Shown in pieces: positions 41,063 to 50,103 of a stretch of DNA of 58,926 bases; the first letter of the stretch is position 1; each line of letters starts with the position of its first letter. Where the stretch lies: positions 1-58,926 of the forward strand of contig DBFBGQ010000121.1 of the NCBI GenBank assembly GCA_048201975.1, read 5' to 3'. The stretch is from Candidatus Egerieenecus sp. (GTDB lineage: Bacteria; Bacillota; Clostridia; Christensenellales; Aristaeellaceae). The notes beneath the pieces are model-generated. The model was not told the DNA's origin, did not search any database, and saw only the letters and a program-made list of their open reading frames with translations. The translations under genes were made by a program, and so were the position numbers.

Positions 41063-42532
41063 TCAGGGCAAAAGATCCGTTATGGTGCCAGGCACCGGCG
41101 TGGGCACGTAAGGCGGCATGGTCACCGGCGGCATCGTAAGCGGCGGCATGGTCACCGGGATCATAGTCGGCGTGGCCGTAGGTCCAACCGGCACAGGGTA
41201 AACGGGACCAGCGCTTCCGTACAAGAGAATGAGCGTCGTCTTGTCCGCTTCGCCGGTCACCGGAATGCCGTTGGCAAACTGAAACCGCTCCACGGCAGCC
41301 TGGGTATTGGCGCCGTAGACGCCGTCAATTTCTCCAGGCGCATAGCCGTAGTTGTACAGATAAGATTGCAGAATCTCCACGCGAACGCCGGAATCATTCT
41401 TTTTCAGCCCGCGGAAGGCGTCGTAGGTGGGCGCGCTCTTACTGTTCAGCTTTTCCTGCGTGGAAGAATTCGCATACTTCCGCTCGGTATAGCCCACATC
41501 GCCCTGGAACAAGTTGAGCGCGTACAGCGTGTTATCGCCAAACACGCCGTCCACGGAGCCCACAGGATACCCCAGATCCGCCAAGCGCTGCTGCATCTTC
41601 TTCACCTTGGTGCCGCTGCTGCCATAACGGATATTGTTGGAGCTGGAAGAGCTGCTGCTACTGGAGCTGGAAGTCGGCTTCGGCGTAGCGGTCCGCTTGG
41701 GCGTGGAAGTGGGTTTCGGCGTCGGCGTAGCCGTTGCAGCGGCGCTGGCGTTTGGCGTAGCCGTTGCGGTCAGGGTCGTGCTTTCCTGGGCCATATCAAT
41801 GGTCCCGGCCACATGGTAAACGCCATCCTGATCCTGGGTATAATAATACAGCTTCGTCCCCACCAGCAATGCCGTCACCACATCCGTGGACGGGGCCGCC
41901 TCATAGGCATAGGAATTGTTGGTCAGGTTGACCACGATCAAGGAATGGTCCGCCGCCACAATCACCACGCCATTTTCCGTGACCGTCATGGACAGCGCGC
42001 CGGCAGAGCCCGGACCGATTTGCGTCGCAGCAACCAGCGCGTCGCCGCCGATATTCTCCAACGGCATGGATTTCAGGGATGCGCCGTTGTTGTCCAGGAA
42101 ATAAAGATTGGTGGTGTTGGCCCCCGCCAGCGTTACGCCTGTAGCCACAACCACAGGCAAGCCATCCGTCCCGGACACGGACAGCGTGCCGTTTTCCAGG
42201 GTGTAGGGCTTCTTCGCCGTCACGGAGTCGATGGCCTCCTGGGTGGGGGCAGACGACACCACGCTGGTGGTGGACGCCGCCAGGTCGATGTCGTAGAGCC
42301 GCCCGTCCATGGTCAAGCAATACAGGTGCGTATCCGTCATGGACAGGAGCTCCTTGGTGGCGGTCTGCAGCACCTTGGTAACCCCGGTGGGATCCTCCAG
42401 ATAGGTGTAGTCGCTCTCGCCAATATAGGCGACGTAGCTGCCGTTGGTGATATAGCGCTCTGCGCTTGCGCCAAGGGCGATAGCCAGGAGTCCAAGGATT
42501 AACAAGGGGATGATCAGAGCCTTCCGTTTCAT
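41063..42532 (-). CDS. Secreted protein with two PG_binding_1 peptidoglycan-binding repeats
   Basis: Signal peptide MKRKALIIPLLILGLLAIALGASA, a T/P/S linker with a poly-Ser run, repeats KKMQQRLADLGYPVGSVDGVFGDNT and LQSYLYNYGYAPGEIDGVYGANT, and a C-terminal PVTMPP repeat. Confidence 0.8.
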   Translation of the reverse strand: MKRKALIIPLLILGLLAIALGASAERYITNGSYVAYIGESDYTYLEDPTGVTKVLQTATKELLSMTDTHLYCLTMDGRLYDIDLAASTTSVVSSAPTQEAIDSVTAKKPYTLENGTLSVSGTDGLPVVVATGVTLAGANTTNLYFLDNNGASLKSMPLENIGGDALVAATQIGPGSAGALSMTVTENGVVIVAADHSLIVVNLTNNSYAYEAAPSTDVVTALLVGTKLYYYTQDQDGVYHVAGTIDMAQESTTLTATATPNASAAATATPTPKPTSTPKRTATPKPTSSSSSSSSSSSNNIRYGSSGTKVKKMQQRLADLGYPVGSVDGVFGDNTLYALNLFQGDVGYTERKYANSSTQEKLNSKSAPTYDAFRGLKKNDSGVRVEILQSYLYNYGYAPGEIDGVYGANTQAAVERFQFANGIPVTGEADKTTLILLYGSAGPVYPVPVGPTATPTMIPVTMPPLTMPPVTMPPYVPTPVPGTITDLLP

Positions 42533-42789
42533 AACGTTATCTCCTCCTTTTTCCTTTGCTGGTAGGCGCTGGATCGTTCAAGGACAAAATTATGAAAAAA
42601 CAGTGTTTTTCATGTCCGACGCCGCGTCAGAAGTCGTTGCGCACCGGCTGAAACTCCGCGGCCGGAGGAAAAGTTCATCCGTCCCATGATTTCCAGTTTC
42701 ATTGATGCAACGTGGCAAAGACGGCATTTCATGCTTCCGATGACGATTTTTTACTATTTTTATTTTCCCTGCCAGGTACTCCTGCCCGG

Positions 42790-43452
42790 TCACAGCACGT
42801 ACAGATAAATGGCGAAGAAGTGCAGCACCGTCCCCGCCAGGCAAAAAAAGTGAAAAATCGAATGAAAATACTTGACCTTGGCGCCAATGCCATACAGAAT
42901 CGCGCCCACCGTATAGGCTACGCCGCCCCAGATCAGCAGCGCGACGCCCTCAGGCGACAGCGCATCAGCCAACGGCTGAAACGCAGCAATGATCGCCCAG
43001 CCCATGATCAGATAGCAAGCCACGGAGATCTTGGAAAATTTCTTGAGGCTGATGGCGTTCAGCGTAATGCCCAGCACGGCCATGCCCCATACCACGCCGA
43101 AGAGCCACCAGCCGATGGTACCTCGCAGGGTGACCAGTGTGAAGGGCGTATACGTGCCGGCAATCAGCAGAAAAATCGTACAATGATCAATCACGCGAAA
43201 AACGCGCTTGGCCATATTAACCTTTAGCGCATGGTAGAGGCAGCTCATCAAATACAGAAGCAGCACCGTAACCCCGAATATGGCGCTGGAAACGACTCGC
43301 CACGGATCGCCAGTGTTCGCTGCCTTAACCACGCATAATACCGTGCCCACAATTCCGAACAGCGCACCCACGCCATGGGAGATGGAGTTCAACAGCTCTT
43401 CGGAAAGCGAATACTTCGGTATGGATATGCGATGGGGTTTTTGTTCCGTCAT
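42790..43452 (-). CDS. Hemolysin III / PAQR-family membrane protein
   Basis: Seven hydrophobic segments with length and pattern typical of the Hly-III family. It lies 12 nt downstream of lexA. Confidence 0.75.
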   Translation of the reverse strand: MTEQKPHRISIPKYSLSEELLNSISHGVGALFGIVGTVLCVVKAANTGDPWRVVSSAIFGVTVLLLYLMSCLYHALKVNMAKRVFRVIDHCTIFLLIAGTYTPFTLVTLRGTIGWWLFGVVWGMAVLGITLNAISLKKFSKISVACYLIMGWAIIAAFQPLADALSPEGVALLIWGGVAYTVGAILYGIGAKVKYFHSIFHFFCLAGTVLHFFAIYLYVL

Positions 43453-43464
43453 GCCTACACCTCG

Positions 43465-44076
43465 TTACGATAAAATACGATAAAGAGAAACCACCTTTCC
43501 AAGTATGGTCACCTGATCCGTATAGATGGGGGCCATGGTGGGGTTTTCCGGCTGCAGTCTGAAATGCCCATGCTCCTTGTAGAAGCGCTTCACCGTGGCG
43601 CTGTCCTCGATCATGGCCACCACGATATCGCCATTATTGGCCTCCTGCTGCTTACGGACGACCACGTAGTCGCCATCCATGATACCAGCCTGGATCATGC
43701 TCTCGCCCCTGACCAGCAGGATAAAATGTTCGCCGTCACCCAGCATGGTATCGGGAATGGGGATATATTCCTCCACATTCTCCTCCGCCAGGATAGGCTG
43801 ACCTGCCGTCACACGGCCCACTACCGGAATGGCCGTGGTGGCGTTGCGCACAAAGTTGGGATCGCCAATGACTTCCATAGCCCGAGGCTTCATGGCGTCC
43901 CGGTGCAGAAGCCCCTTTTTCTCCAGGCGCGTAAGGTGTCCGTGGACCGTGGAGGTGGATTTCAGCCCCACGGCATTGGCAATCTCACGCACGGAGGGCG
44001 GATAGCCCTTGGTCTGAATCTCGGACTTAATATATTCCAGAATGCGCTGCTGATTGTCTCCGCGCGGCCGTTGCAT
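43465..44076 (-). CDS. lexA: LexA repressor
   Basis: N-terminal wHTH ([22 protein letters not shown]), an Ala-Gly cleavage site in VTAGQP, and catalytic Ser (RGESM) and Lys (VVVRKQ). Confidence 0.95.
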   Translation of the reverse strand: MQRPRGDNQQRILEYIKSEIQTKGYPPSVREIANAVGLKSTSTVHGHLTRLEKKGLLHRDAMKPRAMEVIGDPNFVRNATTAIPVVGRVTAGQPILAEENVEEYIPIPDTMLGDGEHFILLVRGESMIQAGIMDGDYVVVRKQQEANNGDIVVAMIEDSATVKRFYKEHGHFRLQPENPTMAPIYTDQVTILGKVVSLYRILS

Positions 44077-44133
44077 GGTATCCCCACCCTCTGTATGCTT
44101 TTTCCTAGTATAGCATAGTGCTTGCAAAAAAGT

Positions 44134-44147
44134 CAAACAGTTGTTCG
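44134..44147. promoter_or_regulatory. SOS (Cheo) box overlapping the -35 of the lexA promoter
   Basis: On the lexA strand it reads CGAACAACTGTTTG against the consensus CGAACNNNNGTTCG. It is embedded in TTGACT-18-TATACT. Confidence 0.65.
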
Positions 44148-44210
44148 GAGCAATTGCGCGCCGGAACATCCTGTGCTATAATAGCGCCATACACGGGGGA
44201 GGCGGTAACG

Positions 44211-44411
44211 ATGGGGGAACCCAAAATGTGCGTGCTGTATGAGCGCGTGTGCATCGGCTGCGGCGAATGCGACCGCTGCGACCTGGATCCTGAAAAAATC
44301 TGCGACAACTGCATGAAATGCGTCAACGGCGACGCGGCATACCGCGCCATTGCCATCGACCGCATTGAATTGGAAGAAGAATTCCAGCGCGAGCAGGGGA
44401 AAACGCCCTGA
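44211..44411 (+). CDS. Cysteine-rich small protein (66 aa), divergent from lexA
   Basis: GGGGGAGG RBS, with a TTGCGC-17-TGcTATAAT promoter at 44154-44182. Eight Cys residues are arranged C-x7-C-x2-C-x2-C-x2-C ... C-x2-C-x2-C. Confidence 0.5.
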   Translation: MGEPKMCVLYERVCIGCGECDRCDLDPEKICDNCMKCVNGDAAYRAIAIDRIELEEEFQREQGKTP

Positions 44412-44446
44412 AAGCTCCGCAACAAGCAGCGTTCCGAGGCCATCGG

Positions 44447-45580
44447 TCAGGGGCGCTCTTTTTTCGCCTTGCCTTCCGGCGGCGAGAACGTTTCCGTCTC
44501 CTGACCGTCGGAGAGATGCACATGCTCCACGGCGCTCCGGCGGCGGCTGTCCGTCATGTCGGCATAATGCTTCCGGGTGGTATCCACAGAGGTGTGGCCC
44601 AGCACGTCGGCCACCAGGTAGATGTCTCCCGTGGCGTGATACAGGTTGGTGCCGAAGGTGCTGCGCAGCTTATGGGGACTGATGCGGGGCTTCAGTGGCG
44701 CAGCGTAAGCCGCATATTTTTTAACCAGCTGCTGCACGGCTCGCTGGGTCATCCTGCGCCGTTGCAGGCTCAGGAAGAGCGCTTGCTCGTGCCCGGGGAG
44801 CGGGGGAATTTCTAGGCGCTGATCGTAATATGCCCGCAACGCCTCCGCCACTTCCTGTGGAAAATAGAGCACAACCTGATTGCCGCCCTTGCGCGTCACC
44901 AAAAAAGCGTTCTGTTCAAAGTCGATATCGTCCAGATCCAGCCCCACGCATTCCGAGACGCGGATGCCCGTGCCCAGAAACAGGGACAGCAGCGCATAAT
45001 CCCTGGCCGCCGTGAGCTGATGAAATTTTTTCTGACCTTTGGTCATGTTTTCGCCCGTTACGGACATGTCCAGCATTTTTTTCATTTCATCCATGGTAAG
45101 GCGGAGAATGGGCTTTTCATGAATCTTGGGTAGGGAAACCAGCTGTGTCACGTTGGCGGCCAGCCGTCTGCTTCGAAACATATAGTCAAAATATGAACGC
45201 AAGGAGGACATCTTCCTTTTAATGGCCAGCTCGTGATTGACCACGGCTTTGGCCGGAGCGGAGGAGGCCTCCTCGGGGGATTCCTTGTAATACAGTGAGA
45301 GATACTCCATATAAGCTTCCAGGTCGCTTTGAGAGATCCTGCCAACGTCCGCATCGTCCCACTGGGGGAGCGGTTTGTCGGCAAAGGCTACGCGCTCGGT
45401 GCACAGATAATGAAAAAATGTGCGTAGATCCAGGGCGTAGGCCAAGCGCGTAAACGTGCTGGTGGTCATGGCGATGCCGCGCATAAAATCTGTACAGGAA
45501 GCCGGCAGGTCCTTTGTGATTTTCCGAATGAACTGGATGCGCTGCTCATCCACGGCGGTGCGATAGCTGGATTGGGTCAT
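44447..45580 (-). CDS. Tyrosine-type site-specific recombinase (XerC/XerD/integrase family)
   Basis: Catalytic pattern GTGIRVSE (Arg), HKLRSTFGT (His-x-x-Arg) and GHTSVDTTRKHY (His/Tyr). An N-terminal SAM-like core-binding domain is present. Confidence 0.85.
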   Translation of the reverse strand: MTQSSYRTAVDEQRIQFIRKITKDLPASCTDFMRGIAMTTSTFTRLAYALDLRTFFHYLCTERVAFADKPLPQWDDADVGRISQSDLEAYMEYLSLYYKESPEEASSAPAKAVVNHELAIKRKMSSLRSYFDYMFRSRRLAANVTQLVSLPKIHEKPILRLTMDEMKKMLDMSVTGENMTKGQKKFHQLTAARDYALLSLFLGTGIRVSECVGLDLDDIDFEQNAFLVTRKGGNQVVLYFPQEVAEALRAYYDQRLEIPPLPGHEQALFLSLQRRRMTQRAVQQLVKKYAAYAAPLKPRISPHKLRSTFGTNLYHATGDIYLVADVLGHTSVDTTRKHYADMTDSRRRSAVEHVHLSDGQETETFSPPEGKAKKERP

Positions 45581-45607
45581 GTCAGGCCGTTCCCCTCCTT
45601 TTTTGGG

Positions 45608-45647
45608 TTCAACTATTCGTGAAACTATGGTTTAGCGAATAGTTGAA
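45608..45647. repeat. Perfect 12-bp inverted repeat TTCAACTATTCG-N16-CGAATAGTTGAA immediately upstream of the recombinase RBS
   Basis: Read directly. It is not followed by a T-run on either strand, so it is unlikely to be a terminator. Confidence 0.85.
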
Positions 45648-45655
45648 GGTTTCTG

Positions 45656-45680
45656 GAAAAAGGGAAGGGTCTCCTTCCCT
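45656..45680 (-). terminator. Rho-independent terminator of rnhA
   Basis: On the minus strand, GGGAAGG-agac-CCTTCCC is followed by TTTTT. Confidence 0.6.
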
Positions 45681-45696
45681 CTTCCATGCTGGACTG

Positions 45697-46182
45697 CTAG
45701 GCCTCGGGCGTATGCGGCGTATTGATGCGCCGGAATTCGTCGATGGCTGCGCGCGCCAGTTCGTCGCAACGATTGTTTTCCGGATGATCGCTGTGACCTT
45801 TTACTTTGAAAAATTCCACGTGGTGTTTCTTGGTGAGCGTAATCAGCAACCACCACAGGTCCTGATTCTCCACAGGCTCCCCCGCCGCGTTTTTCCAGCC
45901 GCGCCTCTGCCAGCCGTCGATCCAATGATCCTGAAACGCCTTGACCAGATAGGTGGAATCGGAATACAGCTTGACGTCGCAGGGTTCCTTCAGGGCGCCC
46001 AGCGCGCTGATGGCGGCAAAGAGTTCCATACGGTTGTTGGTTGTTCCTGCCATGTAGCCGCTCATTTCCTTGCGGTGCGGGCCAAACACCAGGATGGCCC
46101 CCCATCCACCGGGACCCGGGTTGCCGGAACATGCTCCGTCGGTGTAAATCTGCACCTGCTTGCGCGGCGCGGCATTTTCCAT
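45697..46182 (-). CDS. rnhA: Ribonuclease HI
   Basis: [22 protein letters not shown] and [16 protein letters not shown] motifs. Confidence 0.9.
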   Translation of the reverse strand: MENAAPRKQVQIYTDGACSGNPGPGGWGAILVFGPHRKEMSGYMAGTTNNRMELFAAISALGALKEPCDVKLYSDSTYLVKAFQDHWIDGWQRRGWKNAAGEPVENQDLWWLLITLTKKHHVEFFKVKGHSDHPENNRCDELARAAIDEFRRINTPHTPEA

Positions 46183-46194
46183 GGAAGCTCCTCC

Positions 46195-47001
46195 TTATTT
46201 TGACATCTGGCGGGACTTCTCCGCGCAGGCGGCCATGGCTTCCAGCACTGCGCTGCGGAATCCCGCGCGCTCCAGTGCCGCAACGCCTTCAATGGTGGTG
46301 CCCGCCGGAGAGCAGACCGCATCCTTCAGCGCGCCGGGATGCTCCCCTGTTTCCAGCACCATCTTTGCGCAGCCCAGCATGGCCTGCGCCGCCAGCGCAT
46401 AGGCAGTCTTGCGCGGAATCCCTTCCCGGACGGCGCCGTCCCCCAGGGCTTCCAGCATCATATACAGATACGCGGGGCTGCTGCCGCACACGGCGATGAC
46501 GCCGTCGAACAGGCGTTCGGGCAGCACTTCCACCCGTCCCACTGCCTGAAACATCTTCTGAACAAATGCATAGTCCGCCTGGGAAAGGGTATGCTCGGCG
46601 CAAAGCGCGGTCATGCCTTCCCCCACCAGCGCCGGCGTATTGGGCATAGCCCGCAGCACCGTGGCCCCGGTACCCTCCAGCGCCCGGTTCAGTTGCGCCT
46701 GCGTCCATCCGGCGGCAATGGAGACTACCGCTTTTCCGCGGAGCTCATCGCGTATCTCTTCCAGCACCCCGCCCAGAAACTGCGGCTTTACCGCCAGCAG
46801 CACCATTTCGCTCTCCGAGGCGACCCGCCGGTTGTCCGTGGTGGTCTCCAGCCCGGGAAACTCCTGGGCATACCGGGAGAGCAGGCTTTCCGCCTTGTCG
46901 CTGACGATAACCTGTCCCGCCTCAAGGCATCCCTTCCGCAGCACGCCGGAGAGTATCGCCCCGCCCATGTTGCCTGCACCGATCAATCCGAACCGTTTCA
47001 T
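46195..47001 (-). CDS. proC: Pyrroline-5-carboxylate reductase
   Basis: GLIGAGNMG Rossmann motif and a conserved C-terminal dimerisation region. Confidence 0.9.
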   Translation of the reverse strand: MKRFGLIGAGNMGGAILSGVLRKGCLEAGQVIVSDKAESLLSRYAQEFPGLETTTDNRRVASESEMVLLAVKPQFLGGVLEEIRDELRGKAVVSIAAGWTQAQLNRALEGTGATVLRAMPNTPALVGEGMTALCAEHTLSQADYAFVQKMFQAVGRVEVLPERLFDGVIAVCGSSPAYLYMMLEALGDGAVREGIPRKTAYALAAQAMLGCAKMVLETGEHPGALKDAVCSPAGTTIEGVAALERAGFRSAVLEAMAACAEKSRQMSK

Positions 47002-47034
47002 GGCCTTCTTACGCCTCCCTCAATGCATGGGAAC

Positions 47035-47063
47035 ATTATAGCACGGAAGTTTTCTCCGCGCAA
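47035..47063 (-). promoter_or_regulatory. Candidate promoter for proC-rnhA (TTGCGC-17-TGcTATAAT)
   Basis: Read on the minus strand in the 75-nt gap after the fucosidase gene. Confidence 0.45.
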
Positions 47064-47076
47064 ATGCCGCAGCGAC

Positions 47077-48555
47077 TCAGCGTACGGTCACCTTCACCAC
47101 CAGCGGCAGATCGGTATCCACCGGGCCAAGGCGAACGGTCAGCGCATCGTCATCCCAGCTCCAGGCAGGCTTTTGCTCCATGCCCAGCACGGTCACATCT
47201 TCGATCATTCCTTGGAAAGGCAGCGGACGTTTGCCGTCCCAACGCGCCAGGCTACGGATGCGGAGCACGCCGTCTGCCGGACAGGCCATGGCTACGGCGT
47301 AAATCGCCCCGCCCCGGCAGGTAAAGCGGAAATCCTCGCCAGTGTAGGCCTTGGCCACTCCATCGGTGAATTGGCCCTCCTGGACACGGGTGGGACCTTC
47401 CTGAGCCACGCGCCAAACATGGCTGTGATAGACGGCCTCCCCGTTCACCCGCAGCCAGGCGCCAACGGCCTTCAGGATCGCCGCGTCCTCCGCGCCAATG
47501 GTGCCGTCGCTCTTGGGACCTATGTTCAAAAGCAGCCGGCCGTTCTTGCTCACCACGTCGATCAAGTCCCACAGCACTTCCCGGAGCGACTTGTAATCGT
47601 TCCCTTCGGTGTAGCACCAGCTGTTGCGGGCCACCGCGGTATCCGACTGCCACGGGAAGGGCTTCGCTTCGGCAAACTGTCCACGCTCCACGTCCGGCAC
47701 CGCACAGCCAAAGGCGAAAGCGTCATGCTTATAGAAAATCACGCCGCCGCCCCAGGCTTCCGCCCGGTTGTAGAAGTAGGCCGCGAAGCGCTGCAGATAC
47801 GGCAGGACGCTCTCGTGGCGGATCCACCAGTCAAAATAGACCATCTTGGGGTGATAGCGGTCCACCAGCTCACAGCAGCGCAGCAGCCAGTCCGTCAGAT
47901 ACTCATCGGACGGGGCGGGCTTGCTGTACAAATCCATGTGTTGGGGCTCCGGCTGGGCGGGCCAGTAGAAATCGCCCAGCTGCATCGGCTCATGAATGTC
48001 GCTGTCAAACTCCTTGCCATGCCCCATGAACCACCAGTGCTCCACCCGGTGGGAGGAAAGTCCACGGGTCAGGCCGGCCTTGTCCGTGGCCAGCAGCAGA
48101 TCCCCCAGCACATCCCGGCGCGGCCCCATCTCCGCGGCATTCCACTGCGAGAGCTCGGAGGCGTACATCTGGAAACCATCGTGATGCTCGGCCACAGGCA
48201 CCACATATTCCGCTCCCGCCTCCCGGAACAGCGCCGCCCAGGCATCGGGATCAAACTTTTCCATGGTGAACATGGGGATGAAATCCTTGTACCCAAACTG
48301 CTTATGGGGACCGTAGGTCGCCACATGATGCGCAAATTCCCGGGAACCCTGGATATACATGTTCCGGGAATACCATTCGCTGCCGAAGGCGGGCACGGAG
48401 AACACGCCCCAGTGCAGGAAAATGCCGAATTTCATGTCCGCATACCAGGCGGGCACCGTATACTGCGACAGGGAATCCCAGTTGGGTTGATAGCGCCCCT
48501 CTTCGTTGACCCGATCAATCTGCGCCAGATAAGCCTTGCGGTCCATGGTATTCAC
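47077..48555 (-). CDS. GH29 alpha-L-fucosidase, no signal peptide
   Basis: MKFGIFLHWGVFSVPAFGSEWY signature region. The start is GTG 48555 (7 nt after GGAGG, overlapping the upstream stop) or ATG 48546. Confidence 0.85.
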   Translation of the reverse strand: MNTMDRKAYLAQIDRVNEEGRYQPNWDSLSQYTVPAWYADMKFGIFLHWGVFSVPAFGSEWYSRNMYIQGSREFAHHVATYGPHKQFGYKDFIPMFTMEKFDPDAWAALFREAGAEYVVPVAEHHDGFQMYASELSQWNAAEMGPRRDVLGDLLLATDKAGLTRGLSSHRVEHWWFMGHGKEFDSDIHEPMQLGDFYWPAQPEPQHMDLYSKPAPSDEYLTDWLLRCCELVDRYHPKMVYFDWWIRHESVLPYLQRFAAYFYNRAEAWGGGVIFYKHDAFAFGCAVPDVERGQFAEAKPFPWQSDTAVARNSWCYTEGNDYKSLREVLWDLIDVVSKNGRLLLNIGPKSDGTIGAEDAAILKAVGAWLRVNGEAVYHSHVWRVAQEGPTRVQEGQFTDGVAKAYTGEDFRFTCRGGAIYAVAMACPADGVLRIRSLARWDGKRPLPFQGMIEDVTVLGMEQKPAWSWDDDALTVRLGPVDTDLPLVVKVTVR

Positions 48556-49208
48556 GCCAGTACCTCCTCTTTCATCGGGGCCGTTTGGTCCCCTTGCTCC
48601 ACAGGTTTTCTTTCGGTGCGGGTGTTCCAAATAAGCAGATTCTCCCGAATTTCCCGATCTCCCATGGCGTAGTCCTCTTCCCCATGGGAGTTCAGAATCT
48701 CCATGCGAACAATGCGGTTCATGACGCAGGGCTGGTCGTGCACGGTGGCTTTGCCGTCCCGAGTCATATCGTATACCAACTCCGGCTCGTCATAGGGATC
48801 AAAGAGCGCAATCCCCTGCTCCGTTACCCCTGTCAGTAGCACGTAGTGCCCACAGCCCTCGCTCCAGCAGCGGGAAAGCGCCGCGCCGCCAGTTTCCAGG
48901 CAGCGAACCGTAGGGCTTCCCGGCACAATGTCCGCCTCGTCGCCCTCGACAAATTCCGCGCGGATGGGAAAATTGCAGCTTTTGCCGTATTCGGTGAACC
49001 AGTTGCCCAGGAAGCGAATGCAGGCCTTTGAAGTGCCGCGGGTACCCTTCTGCCCCTGCTCGTTGTACGTATCGTTGGCATAGAGCCAGATGGCGCGAAT
49101 CAGCGCAGGCGGGATCTCCTCCCGCTCAAAGAGGAAACGAATGGCGTTCACCAGGGTGACGGGCCCGCAGTCGTATTCCGTGCTTTGGGTCAGCAGAAAA
49201 TTCTTCAT
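48552..49208 (-). CDS. Stand-alone C39-like cysteine peptidase domain protein, cytoplasmic
   Basis: Gln six residues before the Cys in TQSTEYDCGPVTL. His in CGHYVLLTG, with an Asp exactly 16 residues later (ALFDP). No signal peptide and no ABC domain. Confidence 0.6.
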   Translation of the reverse strand: MKNFLLTQSTEYDCGPVTLVNAIRFLFEREEIPPALIRAIWLYANDTYNEQGQKGTRGTSKACIRFLGNWFTEYGKSCNFPIRAEFVEGDEADIVPGSPTVRCLETGGAALSRCWSEGCGHYVLLTGVTEQGIALFDPYDEPELVYDMTRDGKATVHDQPCVMNRIVRMEILNSHGEEDYAMGDREIRENLLIWNTRTERKPVEQGDQTAPMKEEVLA

Positions 49209-49235
49209 CCGTACATTGCTCCTTCCAGATCCAAT

Positions 49236-50084
49236 TCACAGGGAACCCCGGGGGTCCAGCGCGTCCCGCAGCGCGTCGCCCACGAAATTGATACAAATCA
49301 CCAGCAGGATAATCAAAATTCCCGCCGGCAGCCATAGCCAGGGCTTTCCAGTCAAAATGGTGATGGATTGCGCCCCATTGAGGATGTTGCCCAGGGAAGC
49401 CGTGGGCGGCTGCACGCCCATGCCCAGAAAGCTCAGCGCCGCCTCGTCCAGTATGGAAATGGCAAAGACGCTGGTGGCATATACCAGCACCGGCGCCAAG
49501 GTGTTGGGCAGAATCTCGGAAAACAGGATGTACCGCCCCGGCATGCCGGAGGTCACATCGCTCTTGCAGAAGTTGGTTTCCCGCAGGGAGAGCACATTGC
49601 TCCGCACCAGCCGCGCCACCCCCGGCCAGTCCACCAGGCCGAGAATCACGATCATGGTCCACATGCCCGGCTCAAAGATGGCCGCCGCCACCAGCACCAG
49701 CAGAATATACGGGAAGGACATCACCATATCCGTAAAGCTCATGATGACCCGGTCCACCCAGCCGCCAAAATACCCGGACAGCAGCCCAAGCACCACGCCA
49801 ATGACCGTGGAGATCACCGTGGCCAGAAAACCCACCAACAGCGATACCCGCATGGCATACAGCAGGCGGCTAAACATGTCCCGGCCAATCTGGTCTGTAC
49901 CCAGCCAGTGCTCCGCGTCCGGGGGCTTGGAAAACCCGCCGCTGATCTTGGTGGGGCCGTAGGGCGCAATCCACGGGGCCAGTACCGCCAGCAGGATCAG
50001 CGCCAGCAGAACCACCAGGCACACCACCGCCAATTTGTGCCGGCAAAAGCGCCGCGCAACCACGAAGAAGGAAGACTGCCGCAT
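49236..50084 (-). CDS. Peptide ABC transporter permease (OppC/DppC-like)
   Basis: Six hydrophobic segments and a binding-protein-dependent transporter inner-membrane pattern. Sits adjacent to the other opp-type genes. Confidence 0.85.
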   Translation of the reverse strand: MRQSSFFVVARRFCRHKLAVVCLVVLLALILLAVLAPWIAPYGPTKISGGFSKPPDAEHWLGTDQIGRDMFSRLLYAMRVSLLVGFLATVISTVIGVVLGLLSGYFGGWVDRVIMSFTDMVMSFPYILLVLVAAAIFEPGMWTMIVILGLVDWPGVARLVRSNVLSLRETNFCKSDVTSGMPGRYILFSEILPNTLAPVLVYATSVFAISILDEAALSFLGMGVQPPTASLGNILNGAQSITILTGKPWLWLPAGILIILLVICINFVGDALRDALDPRGSL

Positions 50085-50103
50085 AAGAATATTTTGCCTC
50101 CCT

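Noticed and set aside
42533-42789. AT-rich 257-nt gap between the PG-binding protein gene and the hemolysin-III gene, with the near-palindrome ATGAAAAAACAGTGTTTTTCAT
   Set aside because: It is most simply the promoter and leader region of the downstream gene plus a weak AT-rich hairpin. There is no ORF with an RBS and no recognisable regulatory consensus.
46339-48672. 777-codon plus-strand ORF opposite proC, the GH29 fucosidase gene and the 3' end of the C39-like gene
   Set aside because: Same reasoning. It crosses gene boundaries of well-supported minus-strand genes and has antisense-type composition with no motifs.
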